Positions 63,392 through 64,000 of a stretch of 64,000 bases of DNA are shown one piece after another (within the stretch, counting starts at the first letter, position 1; every line of letters begins with the position of its first letter). This DNA comes from Polyangiales bacterium (GTDB taxonomy: Bacteria > Myxococcota_A > Polyangia > Polyangiales > Houyiibacteriaceae). The stretch spans positions 15,823-79,822 of the forward strand of contig DATIUW010000166.1 in NCBI GenBank assembly GCA_035466435.1, in the 5' to 3' direction. Made by a program: the position numbers and the translations under genes. A model generated the notes under the pieces. That model searched no databases. It had not been told where the DNA came from and saw nothing but the letters and a program-made list of their open reading frames with translations.

Positions 63392-64000
63392 ATGCTCCGC
63401 ACACGCCTCATCGCTGGCCGCACCTCGGGTTTGATTCTCAGCGCCGTCTTCGCTTCGGTGATGATGCTCACGAGCCACGTCGAGGTGGTTCTCGAGCCGC
63501 TGCGCGTGGACCCCACCCGCCCGGCGCCCGTCACCCTTCGGATTCCGGCGAGCTACCTTCCCAAAGAAACGCTTCGGCAGCGCCGTGGACCCGCGCAACC
63601 TCTCGTCGTCGAGCGCGGAGAGGTCGTCACTGATTCCGAGGAGCAGCGCCTAGTCCGGGCATTCGAGCGAGAACGACGGCCCCCAGAGCGAGGCATGTTG
63701 CTCGGCGTATGGGTCAGCTATTTCTTGGTTGCATACATATTCCTCGCCTACCTGCGCTCCTTCACTGGCGGCCGTGGCAGTCTGTTGCGCACGCAGGCCG
63801 GCCTGCTGGTGCTGGTGGGACTCACGTGCCTCGCTGCCAAGCTCTTGCTCCTATTCACTGGTCTCTTGCCCTTCGTTTTGCCGTTGGCGACCGTTCCCTT
63901 GTGGGCGGCGCTCTACTTCAACCGGGCCACGGCAACGGCCTGCGGGCTCGCCATCGCGTTGATTTGCGCCTCGTTCCTGCACTTTGCGATGCCAGTGGTG
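63392..64000 (+). CDS. Polytopic membrane protein, 5' partial (runs off window); possibly 7TM-HD (PgpH/YqfF-like) family
   Basis: Not in the ORF track because no stop lies in the window. My own translation from ATG 63392 is open for 203 codons: MLRTRLIAGRTSGLILSAVFASVMMLTS..., a short extracytoplasmic segment (PLVVERGEVVTDSEEQRLVRAF), then at least 4 hydrophobic helices. The family call is tentative. Confidence 0.45.
   Translation, partial: MLRTRLIAGRTSGLILSAVFASVMMLTSHVEVVLEPLRVDPTRPAPVTLRIPASYLPKETLRQRRGPAQPLVVERGEVVTDSEEQRLVRAFERERRPPERGMLLGVWVSYFLVAYIFLAYLRSFTGGRGSLLRTQAGLLVLVGLTCLAAKLLLLFTGLLPFVLPLATVPLWAALYFNRATATACGLAIALICASFLHFAMPVV

Noticed and set aside
63109-63633. 174-aa plus-strand ORF bridging the CBM9-like gene and the final partial gene.
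   Set aside because: Arg/Pro-rich and out of frame with both better-supported genes.

Overview
GC-rich, gene-dense chromosomal window with a strong GC3 bias, so almost every real gene carries a long Arg/Pro-rich antisense shadow ORF. The gene content points to a Myxococcota-type genome by inference only: Glt/Nfs-like TPR/TonB-C cluster, several sigma54 enhancer-binding response regulators, ECF sigma/anti-sigma pair, GldAFG-type ABC module. I support about 50 CDS. I could not recognise any rRNA, tRNA, CRISPR array, IS element or integrase. Layout: (1) 44-7759 holds DNA repair and a PP2C phosphatase, then a translationally coupled nucleotide-sugar operon (epimerase, CapD/WbpM-like, GalE/WbpP-like, TviB/WbpO-like dehydrogenase). 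(2) 7773-20352 is a minus-strand block of nine genes. Six are tightly coupled genes whose order, sizes and architectures mirror the Myxococcus xanthus gltC/D/E/F/G (nfsC-G) envelope machine. A near-consensus internal promoter follows, then a sub-operon encoding a Cys-containing coiled-coil protein, a 442-aa beta-barrel and a truncated Wza-like OPX protein. This is the most interesting candidate system. (3) 20573-27387 holds an ECF sigma/anti-sigma pair, a STAS protein, two convergent NtrC-type regulators and an HD phosphohydrolase. (4) 27410-36598 holds envelope and housekeeping genes (orphan SBP, PBP4, oligopeptidase B, RpoD-family sigma with a long leader, HEAT protein). (5) 36600-41281 holds the GldA/F/G + DUF4340 ABC module and a polysaccharide deacetylase. 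(6) 41282-49491 holds trmB, a Pro-rich response regulator, valS, a HAD-UbiA (DPPRS-like) fusion, ogt, an EamA transporter and a MaoC dehydratase. (7) 49540-57136 holds a GH31 glucosidase and a sucrose operon: a three-domain fructokinase/sucrose-phosphate synthase/sucrose-phosphatase fusion coupled to sucrose synthase. (8) 57311-64000 holds dsbA-like, polA, ffh, a CBM9-like gene and a 5' partial membrane protein. All functional calls come from reading motifs in the supplied translations. No database search was run.
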